From the NCBI RefSeq assembly GCF_018350175.1, contig NC_058382.1:3782001-3846000 (forward strand): a stretch of DNA of 64,000 nt, read 5' to 3'. The stretch is from Felis catus. Taxonomy: Eukaryota. Position numbers and translations under genes: made by a program. Positions within the stretch are counted from its first letter, which is position 1. The number at the start of each line of letters is the position of its first letter. The notes beneath the pieces were generated by a model, which was not told the DNA's origin, ran no database searches, and saw only the letters and a list, made by a program, of their open reading frames with translations. Below are positions 1-13,160 of this stretch, in pieces.

Positions 1-154
1 TGGCCAGGCTAATCATGAAAAATGGAAGACACAACTTGCCAAAATCTGGAATGAATGACAGGACATCACTACAAACCACACTGACATTAATAGAATATAA
101 GAGAACACTGCAAACTCTGTGCCCCAAAATTTGGCAACTTGAATGGTTCAACTC

Positions 155-560
155 TCTTTTTCTTTTTTCAGTATAGTTGACATACAATGTTACATTAATT
201 TTAGGTTTACAACTTAGTGATTTGACAGCTTTATACATTATGCTATGTTCACCAAATTATAGCTACCCTCTGTCCCATCACATTGCTATTACAGTATTGT
301 TGGCCATAGTCCTTGTGCTGTGCATTTTATTCCTGTGACTCACTCCACAACTGGAATCCTGTATCTCCCACTCCCCTTCACCCATTTTGCTCATTCCTCC
401 TTCCTTCTTCCCGCTGGCAACCATGAGTTTGTTCTCTGTATTTGTAGGTCTAATTCTCCTTTTTGTTTGTTTGTTTATTAGATTCTACTTATGAGTGGAG
501 TCATATGGTATTTGTCTCTCTCAGTCTGACTTATTTCACTTGGCATAACAACCTCTAGGT
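155..560 (-). mobile_element. Carnivore L1 3'-end fragment, antisense
   Basis: Poly-T start then typical L1 3'UTR reverse complement; flanked by imperfect repeats CTTGAATGG..CAACTC at ~137 and ~562. Confidence 0.7.
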
Positions 561-1145
561 CCTTGAATGGACCAACTCCTGAAAGACAGAAACTACCAAG
601 ACTCGTTCAAGAAGAGATAACCTTAATATTCTTTAAAATATTAAATTGCATATGTAGTTAAAACAACTTTCCAACAAGGAAAACTCTCAGCCACAATGTT
701 CTCACTGGCATGCACCACCAAACATTTGGGGGAAAAATACAATTCTACACAATCTCTTCCAGGAAGTAGAAGAGAAAGGAAAACTTTGAACAATATTGTG
801 AGCAAGCATTATTCCAAACTCAAATTAGAAAAAGACAGTACAAGGAAATAAAGCTGCAGACCAGGAGTCCTCAAAAACATAAGTGCTAAAACCCTCACCA
901 AAATATTGATAAATAAAAGCCAACAGTATATGAAAAAGATCCTAGCATCACAACAAAGTGTGATGTATTCTCAGATGACAGGCTAGTTGAACATCTGAAA
1001 ATCAATAAAGGTAATCCATCGCATTAATAGACTAACAACAAAAACAACAACATCATGATAAATACATGCACAAAGATTTGATAAATAAAACGCTCAGCTG
1101 TATGCACTTATGAGGGAACTTCCTTAATCAGATAAAGAGCATCAA

Positions 1146-1585
1146 CGGGGGCACCTGGGTGGCTCAGTTGGTTAGCGTCCAACTCTTGATTTTGGCCCAG
1201 ATCTGATCTCACAGTGAGATAGAGCCCCACATTGGGCTCTGCACTGACAGCATGGGGGCCTGCTTGGGATTCTTTCTCTTCCTCTCTCTCTGTCGCTCCT
1301 CCGCTGGTGCTCTCTCTTTCTCTTTCAAAACAAGTAAATAAAAGTTTTTTTAAAAAAGAAGAGAATCAGGATGCCTGGGTGGCTCAGTTGGTTAAGTGCC
1401 CAACTCTTGGTTTAGGCTCAGGTCATGATCTCACAGTTTGTGAGTTTGAGCCCCACATCAGGCTCTGTACTAACAGCACGGAGCCTGCTTGGGATTCTCT
1501 CTCTCCCTCTCTTTCTGCCCTTCCCCTGCTTGCACCCACTCACTCTCTCTCAAAATAAATAAGTAAACTTAAAAAAAAGAAGAAG
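1146..1585 (+). mobile_element. Two tandem Can-SINEs (1146-1360, 1367-1585)
   Basis: GGG(C/T)GCCTGGGTGGCTCAGT head, (CT)n-rich body, AAATAAA/poly-A tail. Confidence 0.92.
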
Positions 1586-2061
1586 TTCTATGAAAAGCCT
1601 TTAACTAATATTCTGAATGCTTTTACCCTGTGAAACAAATTACTGAGAGTCTCACAACTTCTATTCAGAACTGGCTAGCAGTAAGACAACTGAAAGAAAT
1701 AAAGGCATACAGATTAAAAGGGAAGGAATATCAATGGAATTTTATTCTGTAAATCAACAAGGAACAATTGGAAATCAAAATTAAAATATTATAATAGCTC
1801 CAAAAAGCATACACATGTAGGCATAAGTATAGATGTGTAAGATATGAAGACTGAAAACTATAATACTTGGCTAAAAGAAATTAAAGAACTAAAAAAAGAC
1901 AGATACCACATTTACTGATTGAAAGACTCAACATTGGGGGTACCTGGCTGGCTCAGTTGGTGGAGCACACAACTCTTGATCTTGGGGTTGTGAGTTCAAG
2001 TCCCATGTTGGGTATGGAGCCTACTTAAAATATAAATAAACAAACAAAAGACTCAACATTG

Positions 2062-2680
2062 TCATAAAAAGAATGAAATCTTGTCATTTGCAATGACATA
2101 GATGGAACTAAAGAGTATAATGCTAAGCAAAATAAGTCAGAGTATAATGGTAAGCAAAATAAGTCAGAATTGATTTCACTCATGTGGAATTTAAGAAGCA
2201 AAATGAGGGGCGCCTGGGTGGCACAGTCAGTTAAGCGTCCGACTTCAGCCAGGTCACGATCTCGCGGTCCGTGAGTTCGAGCCCCGCGTCAGGCTCTGGG
2301 CTGATGGCTCAGAGCCTGGAGCCTGTTTCCGATTCTGTGTCTCCCTCTCTCTCTGCCCCTCCCCCGTTCATGCTCTGTCTCTCTCTGTCCCAAAAATAAA
2401 TAAATAAACGTTGAAAAAAAAAAAAAAAGAAGCAAAATGAAAGAGCAAAGAAAAAAAAAGAAAACCAAGAAACAGACTCTTAACTATAGAGAACACACTG
2501 ATGGTCACCAGAGGGGAGGTGGGGGGGGGGGGGGGACGGGTTAAATAAGGGATGGGGATTAAAGAGTGCACTTATTGTGATGAGCACTGGGTGATGTATG
2601 GAATTGTTGAATCACTATGTTGTACACAAACTAATATTACACTGTATGTTAACTAACTGGAATTAAAATTAAAAAAAAAA
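2062..2680 (+). mobile_element. 5'-truncated L1 3' fragment containing a SINE
   Basis: AAAAAGAATGAAATCTTG...GGAACT ORF2 end, G-rich 3'UTR and poly-A; target-site repeat AAAGACTCAACAT at 2047 and 2680. Confidence 0.8.
2207..2430 (+). mobile_element. Young full-length feline SINE (SINEC_Fc-like)
   Basis: CpG-intact consensus-like body; TSD AAGAAGCAAAATGA on both sides. Confidence 0.95.
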
Positions 2681-2752
2681 AAGACTCAACATAGTCAAGA
2701 TATCAGGTCTCTCTAAACTGATATGCAAGCCAAATCAAAACCCCAACTAGCT

Positions 2753-3140
2753 GGGGCACCTGGCTGACTCAGTCGGAAGAGTAAGTGACTCTTGATCTCG
2801 GGGTCATGTACTACAGCCCCATGTTGGATTACTTAATTAAATAAATAATTTTTAAAAAATCCCAACTAGCTGTTTTAGCAGCTGACAGGCTGATACTAAC
2901 ATGTATGTGGAGATATGAAAGCAATAATAGGGGCACCTGGGTGGCTCAGTTGGTTGAGTGTCCAACTTGATTTTGGCTCACATTGTGATCCCAGGGTCGT
3001 GGGATCAAGCCCCTCATCGGGCTTTGTGCTGACGGTTTGGAGCCTGCTTGGGTTTCTCTCTCTCTCCCTCTCTCTGCCCCTCCCCCATTCATGCACTCTT
3101 TCTCTCTCTCAAAACAAATAAACTTTAAAAAAAAAAAAAG
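2753..3140 (+). mobile_element. Short Can-SINE (2753-2868, TSD CCCAACTAGCTG) and a full Can-SINE (2929-3140)
   Basis: tRNA-like heads, A-rich tails and target-site duplications. Confidence 0.85.
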
Positions 3141-3514
3141 AGCAATAATAGCACAACAATTCCGAAAAGGAATAAAATTGGACATCTTCTTACTCCAAGA
3201 TTTTCTGTGAAAGGAACAAATGTAATGGATGGTGTGGTATTTGCATAGAGATAGGAAGGTGGAAAAAAGAAACAATAGAGATGCCAGAGGTAAACATGTA
3301 TGATTGGTTGACTTTTAACAAAGTGACAAAAAGGAGGAAATTGAGGAAAAGATAATAGCTTCAACAAATGTTGCTGGAACAACCAGATACCTTTTTGGAA
3401 AAAAAAAAATAAACCTAGACCTTTACCTCACATCATACACAATAATTCACATGAAGTGGATCTAAGACCTAATAGCAAAAGTCAAAACCATAAGGCATCT
3501 AAAAGAAAATATTT

Positions 3515-4250
3515 TGGGGAATGCAAGCTGGTGCAGCCACTGTGGAAAACAGTATGGAGGTTCCTCAAAAAACTAAAAATAGAACTACCCTACGACCCAG
3601 CAATTGCACTACTAGGCATTCATCCACGGGATACAGGTGTGCTGTTTTGAAGGGACACGTGCACCCCAATGTTTATAGCAGCACTATCAACAATAGCCAA
3701 ANNNNNNNNNNNNNNNNNNNNNNNNNNNNNNNNNNNNNNNNNNNNNNNNNNNNNNNNNNNNNNNNNNNNNNNNNNNNNNNNNNNNNNNNNNNNNNNNNNN
3801 NNNNNNNNNNNNNNNNNNNNNNNNNNNNNNNNNNNNNNNNNNNNNNNNNNNNNNNNNNNNNNNNNNNNNNNNNNNNNNNNNNNNNNNNAACTATGTGGAT
3901 GGAACTGGAGGGTATTATGCTAAGTAAAATTAGTCAGAGAAAGATAAAAATCATATGAGTTCACTCATATGAGGACTTTAAGAAACAAAACAGATGAACA
4001 TAAGGGAAGGGAAACAAAAATAATATAAAAACAGGGAGGGGGACAAAACAGAGGAGACTCATAAATATGGAGAACAAACTAAGGGTTGCTGGAGGGGTTG
4101 TGGGGGGGGGGGTGGGCTAAATGGGCAAGGGGCATTAAGGAATCTACTCCTGAAATCATTGTTTCACTATATGCTAACTAATTTGGATGTAAATTTTAAA
4201 AATATATAAATAAATACAATTAAAAAAAGAAAGTTATCAGAATGAAAAAA
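3515..4250 (+). mobile_element. 5'-truncated feline L1 (L1_Fc-like) ORF2 C-terminus and 3'UTR
   Basis: ORF 3456-3650 [33 protein letters not shown] is the L1 ORF2 C-terminus. The 3'UTR ends CTATATGCTAACTAA plus A-rich tail; TSD-like AAAAGAAAA(T/C)ATTTT at ~3501 and ~4248. Confidence 0.92.
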
Positions 4251-6039
4251 AGAAAACATTTTTAAAAATCTTTACAACTTTGGATTAGACAAAGATTTCT
4301 TAGTGAGGAACAAAAAGCACAAACAATAACCAAAAAAGATTCTTGGACTGCATAAAACTAAAGACGTATGCTCTTCAAAAGACAGAATTGATAATGGAAA
4401 CAGCAAGCCAAGACTAAGAAAAGTCTGTGTGTATGTGTGCATGTCTGATAAAGGATTATATATAGAACAAATAAGGACTTTTACAAATAATAACAAACCC
4501 CCCCATATGAGCAAAACAATTTGAACAGACATTTCTCAAAGAAGATATATAAATAACAATGAAGACATGAAAAATGCTCAACATCTATAATTAGAGGAAT
4601 GAAAATTTAAAAGATATCAATAAAATGGATAAGTTTTTCAGAACATACTGCACAAAAGAGTGCAGATGTGACAGAGCACATGTTTATGATTTCATTCCTG
4701 CGAAGTTCTACAATGAGCAGGACTAACCCGTAGAGAAGGAAAGCTGGTTGCTGTTTACTTCCATCAGGTTGACCGACAAACTCAGCATGGAATTTTAAGG
4801 AGTGATGGCAATGTTTTAGTATTGATTGTGGTGGTGGTTTTTAAATGAGTTCTGCATTTGCCAAAGGTGAACACACTGCACACCTAAAGGGGTACATCTT
4901 ACAACTCAGTGCACACACACACACATACTAGTTAGGCTCCATCAGTGTCCATTCCACCGGGGATGAAATCTTCTTGCAACCACTTGTCTGATTTGCTTCC
5001 ATAGGAATGAAACACTACTAAGGACTTGGTGTCGGTCTCCGCTGCTGAAGCGATGGACGTTGAGCAGTGTGTGTAGTTCAGTCACTCTTGGTGAAAGGCA
5101 TACCATAATATGAGGCTCCCAAGTGCCCTCTGTCTTCTGCCACCTGTCCATAGGCCCCTGCATAAACACTGGGAAAGGAAAAACAGAGGCTGGCTGACAT
5201 CTGCCCAATAAGCCACGTTGTCCTCTTGGCCATTAAGGACCATGTGTACAGGGGGCTCTCTTGGGGACATTTATATCTGATTCAAAGACCAAAGTGCTTT
5301 GTGCCCACCCCTACACATCTATGCATACACATGCCTCCTTCCTGGATATCCCTATCTCCTCCCTACCTGATTCTGCTCCTTCCAGTCCCCTGACCATGGA
5401 GGTGAGGCATTTGCTACTATCCAGGAGTCTGTGTACATCACATCTAGCCAGATCTCTTTCCACAAAAAGTGTATTATTGTTTCATCCTGCTTATTACTCA
5501 CATACCTGTTCACTAAGGGCATTTTCCCTCACTGACATTTTTCAGAGTCCCACCAGTGTAGCTGTAGAGCAACACTACTCCAAAACCTCACACCGCCCCA
5601 ACACAAGCCAGGCCACGCAGCTGTTGATGACCCCTGAAGAGAGGCGTCATTGTGAGAGCCTAGGTGTGTCCTCTGGACCTTTTCATGGCCACAGGCCTAC
5701 CACTCACCCAACAGTGGGTTGCAAACTTACGAAAGGGTGGAAAATGGCCACAGCTAGCTCATCGTGGACACTTCCAGTTGTGTACACACACGTGTCTCTC
5801 GTCAGTCATACAGTTTCTATTGGGATCAGGGGCATCTTTTTATTTTTGTATTTTTTTAAGAAGCTTTAATTCACTTTATTTTTCTTGTACAAAACTGTGT
5901 GGTGGACACCAGAAGCAGCTTTTTAAATGGTGCCTAGCTGCCTTGTGTGGGTGATGTGTTGACATGAGCCCAAAGCCCATTTGGGCTCGGCAGAAGGGTC
6001 ACACAGCATCCCGACACACATGCCTACTCCCAGCAGCAA

Positions 6040-6346
6040 GATTGGGCAGGTCATGGACAGGCCACGGGGGTCCTGGTGGATATGAAAAAGTTGTGCTTAT
6101 GATAGACTCTAGCCTATCAGGTGTGCATTATGTCTAAAAAAACCAATGTACATACCTTAATTTAAAAATACTTTATTGCTGGGGCACCTGGGTGGCTTAG
6201 TCGGTTAAGCATCTGACTTCGGCTCAGGTCACGATCTCGCGGTTTGTGAGTTCAAGCCCCACATCGGGCTCCGTGCTGACAGCTCGGAGCCTGGAGCCTG
6301 CTTTGGATACTGTCTCTCCCTCTCTCTCTACCCCTCCCCCAGTTGT

Positions 6347-6393
<47 letters not shown>

Positions 6394-8457
6394 AATAATA
6401 AACATTAAAAAAATTAAAAATGCTTTGTTGCTAACAAATGTTAACCATCAGCTGAACTTATAGCGAGTCATAACCCTTCTGCTGACGGAGGGTCTTGCCT
6501 CCATGTTGGTGGCTGCTGACTGGTCAGGGTGGTGGTTGCTGGAGACGGGGTGGCTGTGCCAATCTCTTCAAGATGACAACAGGGAAGTTTTCCACAACAG
6601 TTGACTCTTCCTGTCACAGTTTCTCTGTAGCAGGTTTCATACCATTTTACCCACAGTAGACTTCTTCCGAAATGGGAGTCCATTCTTTCAAATCCCGCTG
6701 CTTTACTAAGTTTGCGTGAGGTTCTAAATCCTTTGTTGTCATTTCTACAGTATTCACAGCGTCTTCTCCAGGAGTCAGTTCCATCTGAGGAAACCGCTTT
6801 CTTTGCTCATCCTTCAGGAGTGAGTCCTCATTCATTAAAGTTTTGTCATGAGAGCAGAGCAATGTAATCTCTTCTTCAGGCGCCNNNNNNNNNNNNNNNN
6901 NNNNNNNNNNNNNNNNNNNNNNNNNNNNNNNNNNNNNNNNNNNNNNNNNNNNNNNNNNNNNNNNNNNNNNNNNNNNNNNNNNNNNNNNNNNNNNNNNNNN
7001 NNNNNNNNNNNNNNNNNNNNNNNCTTCCCATGAATCACGAATGTCCCTCGTGGCATCTAGCATGCTGAGTCTTTTCCAGAAGGTTTTCAACTGACTTCGC
7101 CCAGATCCATCAGACGAATCACTGTCTATGGCAGCTATATGCTTACGAAATGTATGTCTTTATTGCTAAGACTTGAAAGTTGAAATTCCTCCTTGATCCA
7201 CGGGCGGCAGGATGCGTGCTGTGTCTGCAGGCATGAAAACAGCATTCCTCTCATTGTGCATCCCCATCAGAGCTCTTGGGTGACCGGGTACACTGTCAGG
7301 GAACAGTCATATTTTAAAGGATTTTTTTTCCCTGAGTGGTAGGTCTCCACAGTGGGCTTAAAATATTCAGTAACCCCGTGGTAAAGAGATGTGCTGTCAT
7401 CCAGTCTTTGCTGCTCTGTTTATGGAGCAACATTCTTAAGGGCCCTGGGATTTTCAGAGTGGTCACTGAGCTCTGACTTCCACTTAAAGTCAGCAGCTGC
7501 GTTAGCCCCTAACAGGAGTTGGGCTGTCCTCTGAAGCTTTGAAGCCAGGCCTTGACTTGCCCTGTCTGGCGATGAGAGTCCTATGTGGCATCTTCTTCCA
7601 GTAGGAGGCTGTTTCGTCTACACTGGAAATCTGTTGTTTGGTGTAACCACCTTCACAAGTGATCTCAGCGAGCTCTGGAGAACCTGTTGCAGCTTCTCCA
7701 TCAGCACTTGCTGCCTCACCTTGCACCTGATGTTATGGAGATTCCTTCTTTCCTTCAGCCTCCTGAAGCACTTCTGCCAGCTTCAGACTGGTCTTCTGCC
7801 GCCTCCCCGCCTCTCTCAGCATTCACAGCATTGAAGGGAGTCAGGGCCTTGCTCTGGAGTAGCACTTCCAACATCCTTCACGAATTTCTCCTTTACATTT
7901 ACAGCGGGGCTGTCTGGCACCACAGGCCTAGCTTCTGGCCGTCTTGGCCTTCGACCTGCCTTCCCCATTGAGCTTAAGCACTTCTCGTTTCTTCTGATTT
8001 AAAGGGAGAGACGTATGACTCTTCCTCTCACTTGAACACTTGGAGCCACTGTAGGGGTATTAAGGGGCCCAATCTCACCACTGTTGTGTCTTTGGGAACA
8101 GGGAGGCCCATGGAGAGGGAGAGAGATGGGGACCGGCTGGCCAGTGGAGCAGTTGGAACACACACAACATTTATTAAGTTTTCCCTCTTATGAGGGTGTG
8201 GTTCATGGCACCCCAAAACAATGACAATGGGAACATCAAAGATCACTGCTCACCCATCACCATCACAAATATAATAATCATGATAAAGCTTGAAATACTG
8301 GGATAATTACCAAAATGTGACCCAGAGACATGAAGTGAGCAAATGCTGTTGGGAAAATGGCACCAGTATATTTGCTTGACGCAGGGTTGCCCAAACCTTC
8401 AGTCTGTAGAAAACTCAGAGCGCCATGTGTGGAGCGCCATGAAGGGAGAGTGCCTGT
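6040..8457 (-). mobile_element. Near full-length Tigger1 (TcMar/pogo) DNA transposon fossil, with a Can-SINE inserted at 6181-6420
   Basis: Minus-strand transposase fragments KTFWKR...[11 protein letters not shown] (6647-7090) and GEAASAD...[20 protein letters not shown] (7502-7726, pogo DDE). Terminal-repeat-like end ...GTGCCTG at 8457. Frameshifted and dead; left end approximate. Confidence 0.92.
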
Positions 8458-8537
8458 CTTTCCTCCAGCCCCTTCCCGTCTGGAGAAACGCCATTCACGC
8501 CAGTGGTGCACTGATCACCATTAGAAGTATGCATGCA

Positions 8538-8656
8538 TTGACGTACTTAGTCTCCACATGCGTTGACGTACTTGGTCCCCACATGCGTTGACGTATTTAG
8601 TCCCCACATACATTCACGTACTTAGTCCCCACAAGTGTTCACGTACTTAGTCTCCA
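8538..8656. repeat. 25-bp minisatellite, about 4.8 copies (TTGACGTACTTAGTCCCCACATGCG)
   Basis: Units start at 8538, 8563, 8588, 8613 and 8638. Confidence 0.95.
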
Positions 8657-8699
8657 GCACTGCTTCAGGAGCTCCTCCAGGAAAGCTGCCCTCCCTCAT

Positions 8700-9213
8700 G
8701 ACAAGGAGTCACTAATACAGTCATTAGACCTGTTGTGCAGAGGCAGATCTGAGGCACCAAGCTTGCCCAAGATTACACGATGTGGAAACCAGCAAAGACC
8801 GGGCAAAGGAGAAGAAACAACGGCCACTGTGGCCAAAACACAAAGGCAGGAGGAGGAGTGGGAAATCTCAAAGTGCAGACCGAGGAAAGCAGGTGCCCCC
8901 TGCCCGGAGCCTGTGGGCCCAGGGGAGCTGAGGCAGGCTCACTGCAAGTCGCTGTCTTACCTTAGTGGTTACGGGAGCATATTTGCCTGTCTCTTGTTGG
9001 TCCAAAATTAGAGTCAGGGACACAGATTAGGGGAGCTGGTGGTCACTCCTCAGGCCCTGGCCATTTTGGAGCGATTGTTACAGGGTTATCGTCTGGCTTC
9101 CTGCATGGCTACTAGAGCTTGCAGGCAGGCCTTCTGGGCAGGTGGCCACAGGCTGTGGGTCAGAATTCTATCTCGTGTATGGTCTGGCCATCCGTTTGCC
9201 GTGTAGTCTCTCA
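8700..9213. mobile_element. ERVL-type solo LTR remnant (MER77-like)
   Basis: GGCCATTTTGG..GATTGTTACAG..CTGTGGGTCAGAATTCT..TGGTCTGGCC..AGTCTCTCA resembles the recalled MER77 consensus. Confidence 0.55.
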
Positions 9214-9339
9214 ACAAAGGAGGTCAGGCCAAGGCTGGAGCTGAGACGGTCCGGCCCTATGCTCCCAGCGGGCAGTGCCCCCTCCTCTGACAGGCGGCTC
9301 CACTCTAGCCAGACCCGTGGACAAAAGTCCTGCAACCCC

Positions 9340-9525
9340 TTGCTCGCTAAAATCCCCTGGACAAGTTTTGCAACCGTTCCCTGCCTCAGCTTCCTCCCCT
9401 GTGAAATGGGGGTGTTGGCGGGGCCTACCTCATGGGGTCGCGGTGAGGACTGATGAGACAGTCCACACAGAGTGCTGAGGGCAATGGCCGCGCAAGGAAA
9501 GCACTGTCAGCATCATTGTTGTTAC
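9340..9525. mobile_element. MIR fragment
   Basis: CCTCAGCTTCCTCCCCTGTGAAATGGGG...CCTACCTCAT MIR core. Confidence 0.75.
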
Positions 9526-9705
9526 CCTCACCATGTATTGCTGTCTTTCAGGCTCCCTTGTTCATTTTTACTTTCTTGTTTAAAGAGTAGGTCCCAGACG
9601 AAAAAGCTGTAGGAGGGCAGAGGCCTCATCTTTCCTAGTGATCAGTGTCTTAGGAGAGGCTCAACTATAGTTAATAGTCACTAAATTATTAAATGTATGA
9701 ATAGC

Positions 9706-11048
9706 AGGGGTGCCTGGGTGGTTCAGTCGGTCCAGTGTCTGACTCTTGGCTCAGATCATGACCTTGTGGTTCGTGGGATCGGGCCGCACATTGGGCTTCC
9801 CACTGGCATTGAGAAGCCGGCTTGGGGTTTGAGATTCTCCCTCTCCCTCTCTCTCTGCCCGTCCCCTACTTGCATGTGCGCTCTCTCTCTCTCTCTCTCA
9901 AAATAAATAAAATAAAGTTAAATAAATAATTTTAAAACGTTAACTTAAAAAAAGTTAAATATATGAATAACTCTATGTATGTGTCATCAATGATTGACGT
10001 TTCTCACAACCCCCTCCTCCAGTTCATTAATTTGCTAGAGCGGCTCACAGAACTCAGAGGAACATGTTACTTACCCGATCACTGTTTCATTACAGAAGAA
10101 TGCAATGTAATGGAGACGCGTCGGCCAGGTATGGGGACAGGACGTGGGGCCTCCGTGCACCCTCTAGGTACGCCGCTCTCCCGGAACCTCTCCGATCCCA
10201 TCCTTTGGCATTTTTATAGTGGCTTCATTACATGGGCACGATTAATTAAATTGCTGGCAATTTGTGAGCAACCCAACTTTCAGCCACTCTCTCTTCCCTG
10301 GAGGCCACTTCATCAATATAAACCCAGGTGTGGTTGAAAGGGCTGTGTTAGAAATATCAAGACACCTTTATTGCTCTTAAGAAACTGCAAGGGTTTTAGG
10401 GGGACTGTGCCAGGAATGGGGCTGAAGACCAAATGTGTATTTCTCATTATAAATCACACCAGTGATCATGGTGAGGCAAATAAATCAAGAAAGAAGGGGC
10501 ATACAGGAGGGGTGTTCAATTTTTGGGTCAGGTTACCATGGAAGGCCTGAGAAGGTGATATGGAAGGAAAGGCCAGTGGGCAGTGGGGGACAAGACCATG
10601 TGGCTACCAGAGGAAGAGCATCCCCAGTAGAGTCATGGGAGCCCGCGTGGACGGAGCAGCATAAGCAAGGAGCGGGGCACGGATGGGGACGGAAAACGTG
10701 CACCGTAGGGCCTTTGCTTTGACTTTGCGATGGAAATTACTGGAGAGTTCTAAAGGGGAGGGACACGTCAGACCCACCTATTGACCCAATTACACCAGCC
10801 GCCAGCCATGCTGTTGAAAACCGATGACAGGGGCGCCTGGGCGGCTCATTCGGTTGAGTGTCCGACTTCAGCTCAGGTCACGATCTCGCGGTCCGTGAGT
10901 TCGAGCCCCACATCGGGCTCTGGGCTGACGGCTCAGAGCCTGGAGCCTGCTTCCGATTCTGTGTCTCCCTGTCTCTCTGCCCCTCCCCCGTTCATGCTCT
11001 GTCTCTCTCTGTCTCAAAAATAAATAAATGTTAAAAAAAAAAAAAAAA
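9706..11048 (+). mobile_element. Can-SINEs at 9706-9955 and 10830-11048
   Basis: Typical head, body and tail; the second has TSD GAAAACC(G/C)ATGACA. Confidence 0.9.
9985..10465. mobile_element. MER21-family LTR remnant
   Basis: ATTAATTTGCTAGAGCGGCTCACAGAACTCAG...GGCTTCATTAC..GATTAATTAAAT...GACCAAATGTGTATTTCTCATTAT. Confidence 0.75.
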
Positions 11049-11214
11049 GAAAACCCATGACAGAGGGGCAAGGGTGGAGTCCAGGGAGAGGAGTCAGGAA
11101 GCCACTACAGTCATCCACGTGCGTAATGTCGTTGCCTTTGCCAACGTGTTGGCCGTGAAGGTGAAGTGGTCAGATCAGGTCTACAGCGTTTGGAAGGTAG
11201 CACCTATAGAGGTT

Positions 11215-12710
11215 TTTCTTAGACCAGTTTTAGGTTCGAAGCAAAGGTACAGAGGAGTGTGCCCCCTGCCCCCACTCATGCACAGCCTGCCTCTCCCATC
11301 CTCAACATCCCCTGACAGAGGGTACATTTGTTACCACCGATGAGCCCACACAACACGTCATTAGCACCGAGGCCGTAAACATCAGGGGTCACTCGTGGTG
11401 CTGTGCCTTCTGCGGGTTTGGACAGATAATGATATATATCCAACATTTTGGTCTCACAGAGTAGTTTCACGGGCCTAAAACTTCTCTTTGCTTCCCCTGT
11501 TCATCCCTCCTCCCCAACCCATCAGCCACTCATCTTTTCAGTCTCCAGTTTTGTCTTCTCCACAAAGTCATACAGTTGGAATCGTATGGCATGCAGCCTT
11601 TTCAGGCTGGCTTCTCTTACTTAGGAGTGTGCATTTAAGGGTCCTCCATGGGAGCGCCTTGGGGGGCTCAGTCACTTAAGCCTCCGACTCTTGATTTCAG
11701 CTCAGGTTGTGATCTCACAGTTTGTGAGCTCGCTGAGAGCACAGAGCCTGCTTTGGGTCTCTTTCCGTTTCTCTCTCCCTCTCCCAAAATAAATAAACTT
11801 AAAAAAAAAAAAAAAGGATCCTCTATGTATTTTTGTGGCTTGACATTTCGGCTCTCTTTAGCACTGAGTAGCATTCCATCATCTGGAGGGACCACAGTGT
11901 ATTTTTCATTCATCTACAAAGGACCTTGGTTGCGCCCGAGTGTCGGCAATTGTGAATAACGCTGTACTAAAAACATGCACGTGCAGGTTTTGTGGGGTCA
12001 TAAATGTCGGACTCCTCTAGGTAAATCCAAGGAGCATCACTGCTGGGGACAGTGGCACCCACTGCGGATGGTGAGGGTACACTCAAGTTTTGTGAAAACT
12101 CTCCACACCATCCTCCCAAGTGGCTGTGCCACCCTGTTCCCTACCAGCCAGCCGTGAACCAGAGGTCCTGGCGCTCCATGCCTCGTCAGCACTCGGTGGT
12201 GTCGCTGTTCTGGATTTCCGCCCTTCACGCAGGCATGTAGCGGTATCTCACTGTTGCTTGACTCTGCACGGCTCTGATGGCACAGGGCGTGGGGCACCTT
12301 CTCACGCGCTTGCTTGCCAGCTGCGGGACGCCTTCAGCGAGGTGTCCGTTAGGGCCTCCGATCGATTTGTTTTTTGGGCAGATTGTTTCTCATTGTTGAC
12401 TTGTAAGAGCTACAAAATATTTTGGACGACAGTCCTTTATCAGCTGTCTTGGACAGGACTTTCTCCGTTTTTCATTGTAATGAAGTCCAGCTTACCAATT
12501 CTTTCATCGGGCACACCTTTGGTGTTGTGTCTGGAATATCACTGCCACACCCACGGTCATCTACGTTTTCTCATTACCTCCCACAAGTGGTCTAGCTCTG
12601 CATTTTATATTGAGGTCTATGATCTATTTTGAGTTAATGTCTGTAAAGGGTATGAGGTCCATATCTGGATTTTTTGTTTGGTTTTTGCATGTGGATGTCC
12701 TTACAAATTT
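11215..12710 (-). mobile_element. L1MC-like 3' region, antisense, with a SINE at 11654-11816
   Basis: CAGTTTTAGGTTC..GCAAA..GGTACAGAG..GGTACATTTGTTAC signature and L1 ORF2-end reverse complement. Confidence 0.75.
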
Positions 12711-13160
12711 TGTTTAAGCAAGCTCTAGGCCCAACATGGGGCTCAAACTCACGACCCTGAGATCAAGAGTCTACTGAATGGGCCAGCCAGGCATCCACAT
12801 GTTTTTTAGTGAGGAATTTTTGAGAGAAGACATAGGTACTGAGTACTGAGTCAACTAAGTACTTTGTTGGAGAGAAGAGAGAGCCTGGAGAAGATATTTA
12901 CAAGCCAGTTACCAAAGAGGCACAAAGAACAAAGCATTAACCAGGCTGGGGTTAGTGTCCTGTTTTAAATTAATCTAAGATTACTGGCAGTTGTGGTTCT
13001 AGCAAATGTGTTTACTGTGAAGGGTAGGAGAGAAAGAAGAAACTGGGGGCACAGACTGAGAAACTAGAGAAACAGACTTTCAGCCCCAGAATCATTAACC
13101 ATGTGACTAGACTTCAGTAACGAAATCTATTTGACAAACCTATACATTTAAAATATACCT

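Larger units (their letters stand above)
1..4900 (+). mobile_element. Old degenerate LINE-1 (L1M-type ORF2 to 3' end) hosting younger insertions
   Basis: A-rich L1 ORF2-like segments (GAAAGACTCAACAT|AGTCAAGATATC, GATACCACATTT, AAATGCTCAACATC) interrupted by SINEs and younger L1 pieces. Confidence 0.75.

Noticed and set aside
6647-7726. Possible domesticated TIGD-like transposase gene
   Set aside because: Split across frames with stops and accompanied by a SINE insertion in the element; a fossil Tigger1.
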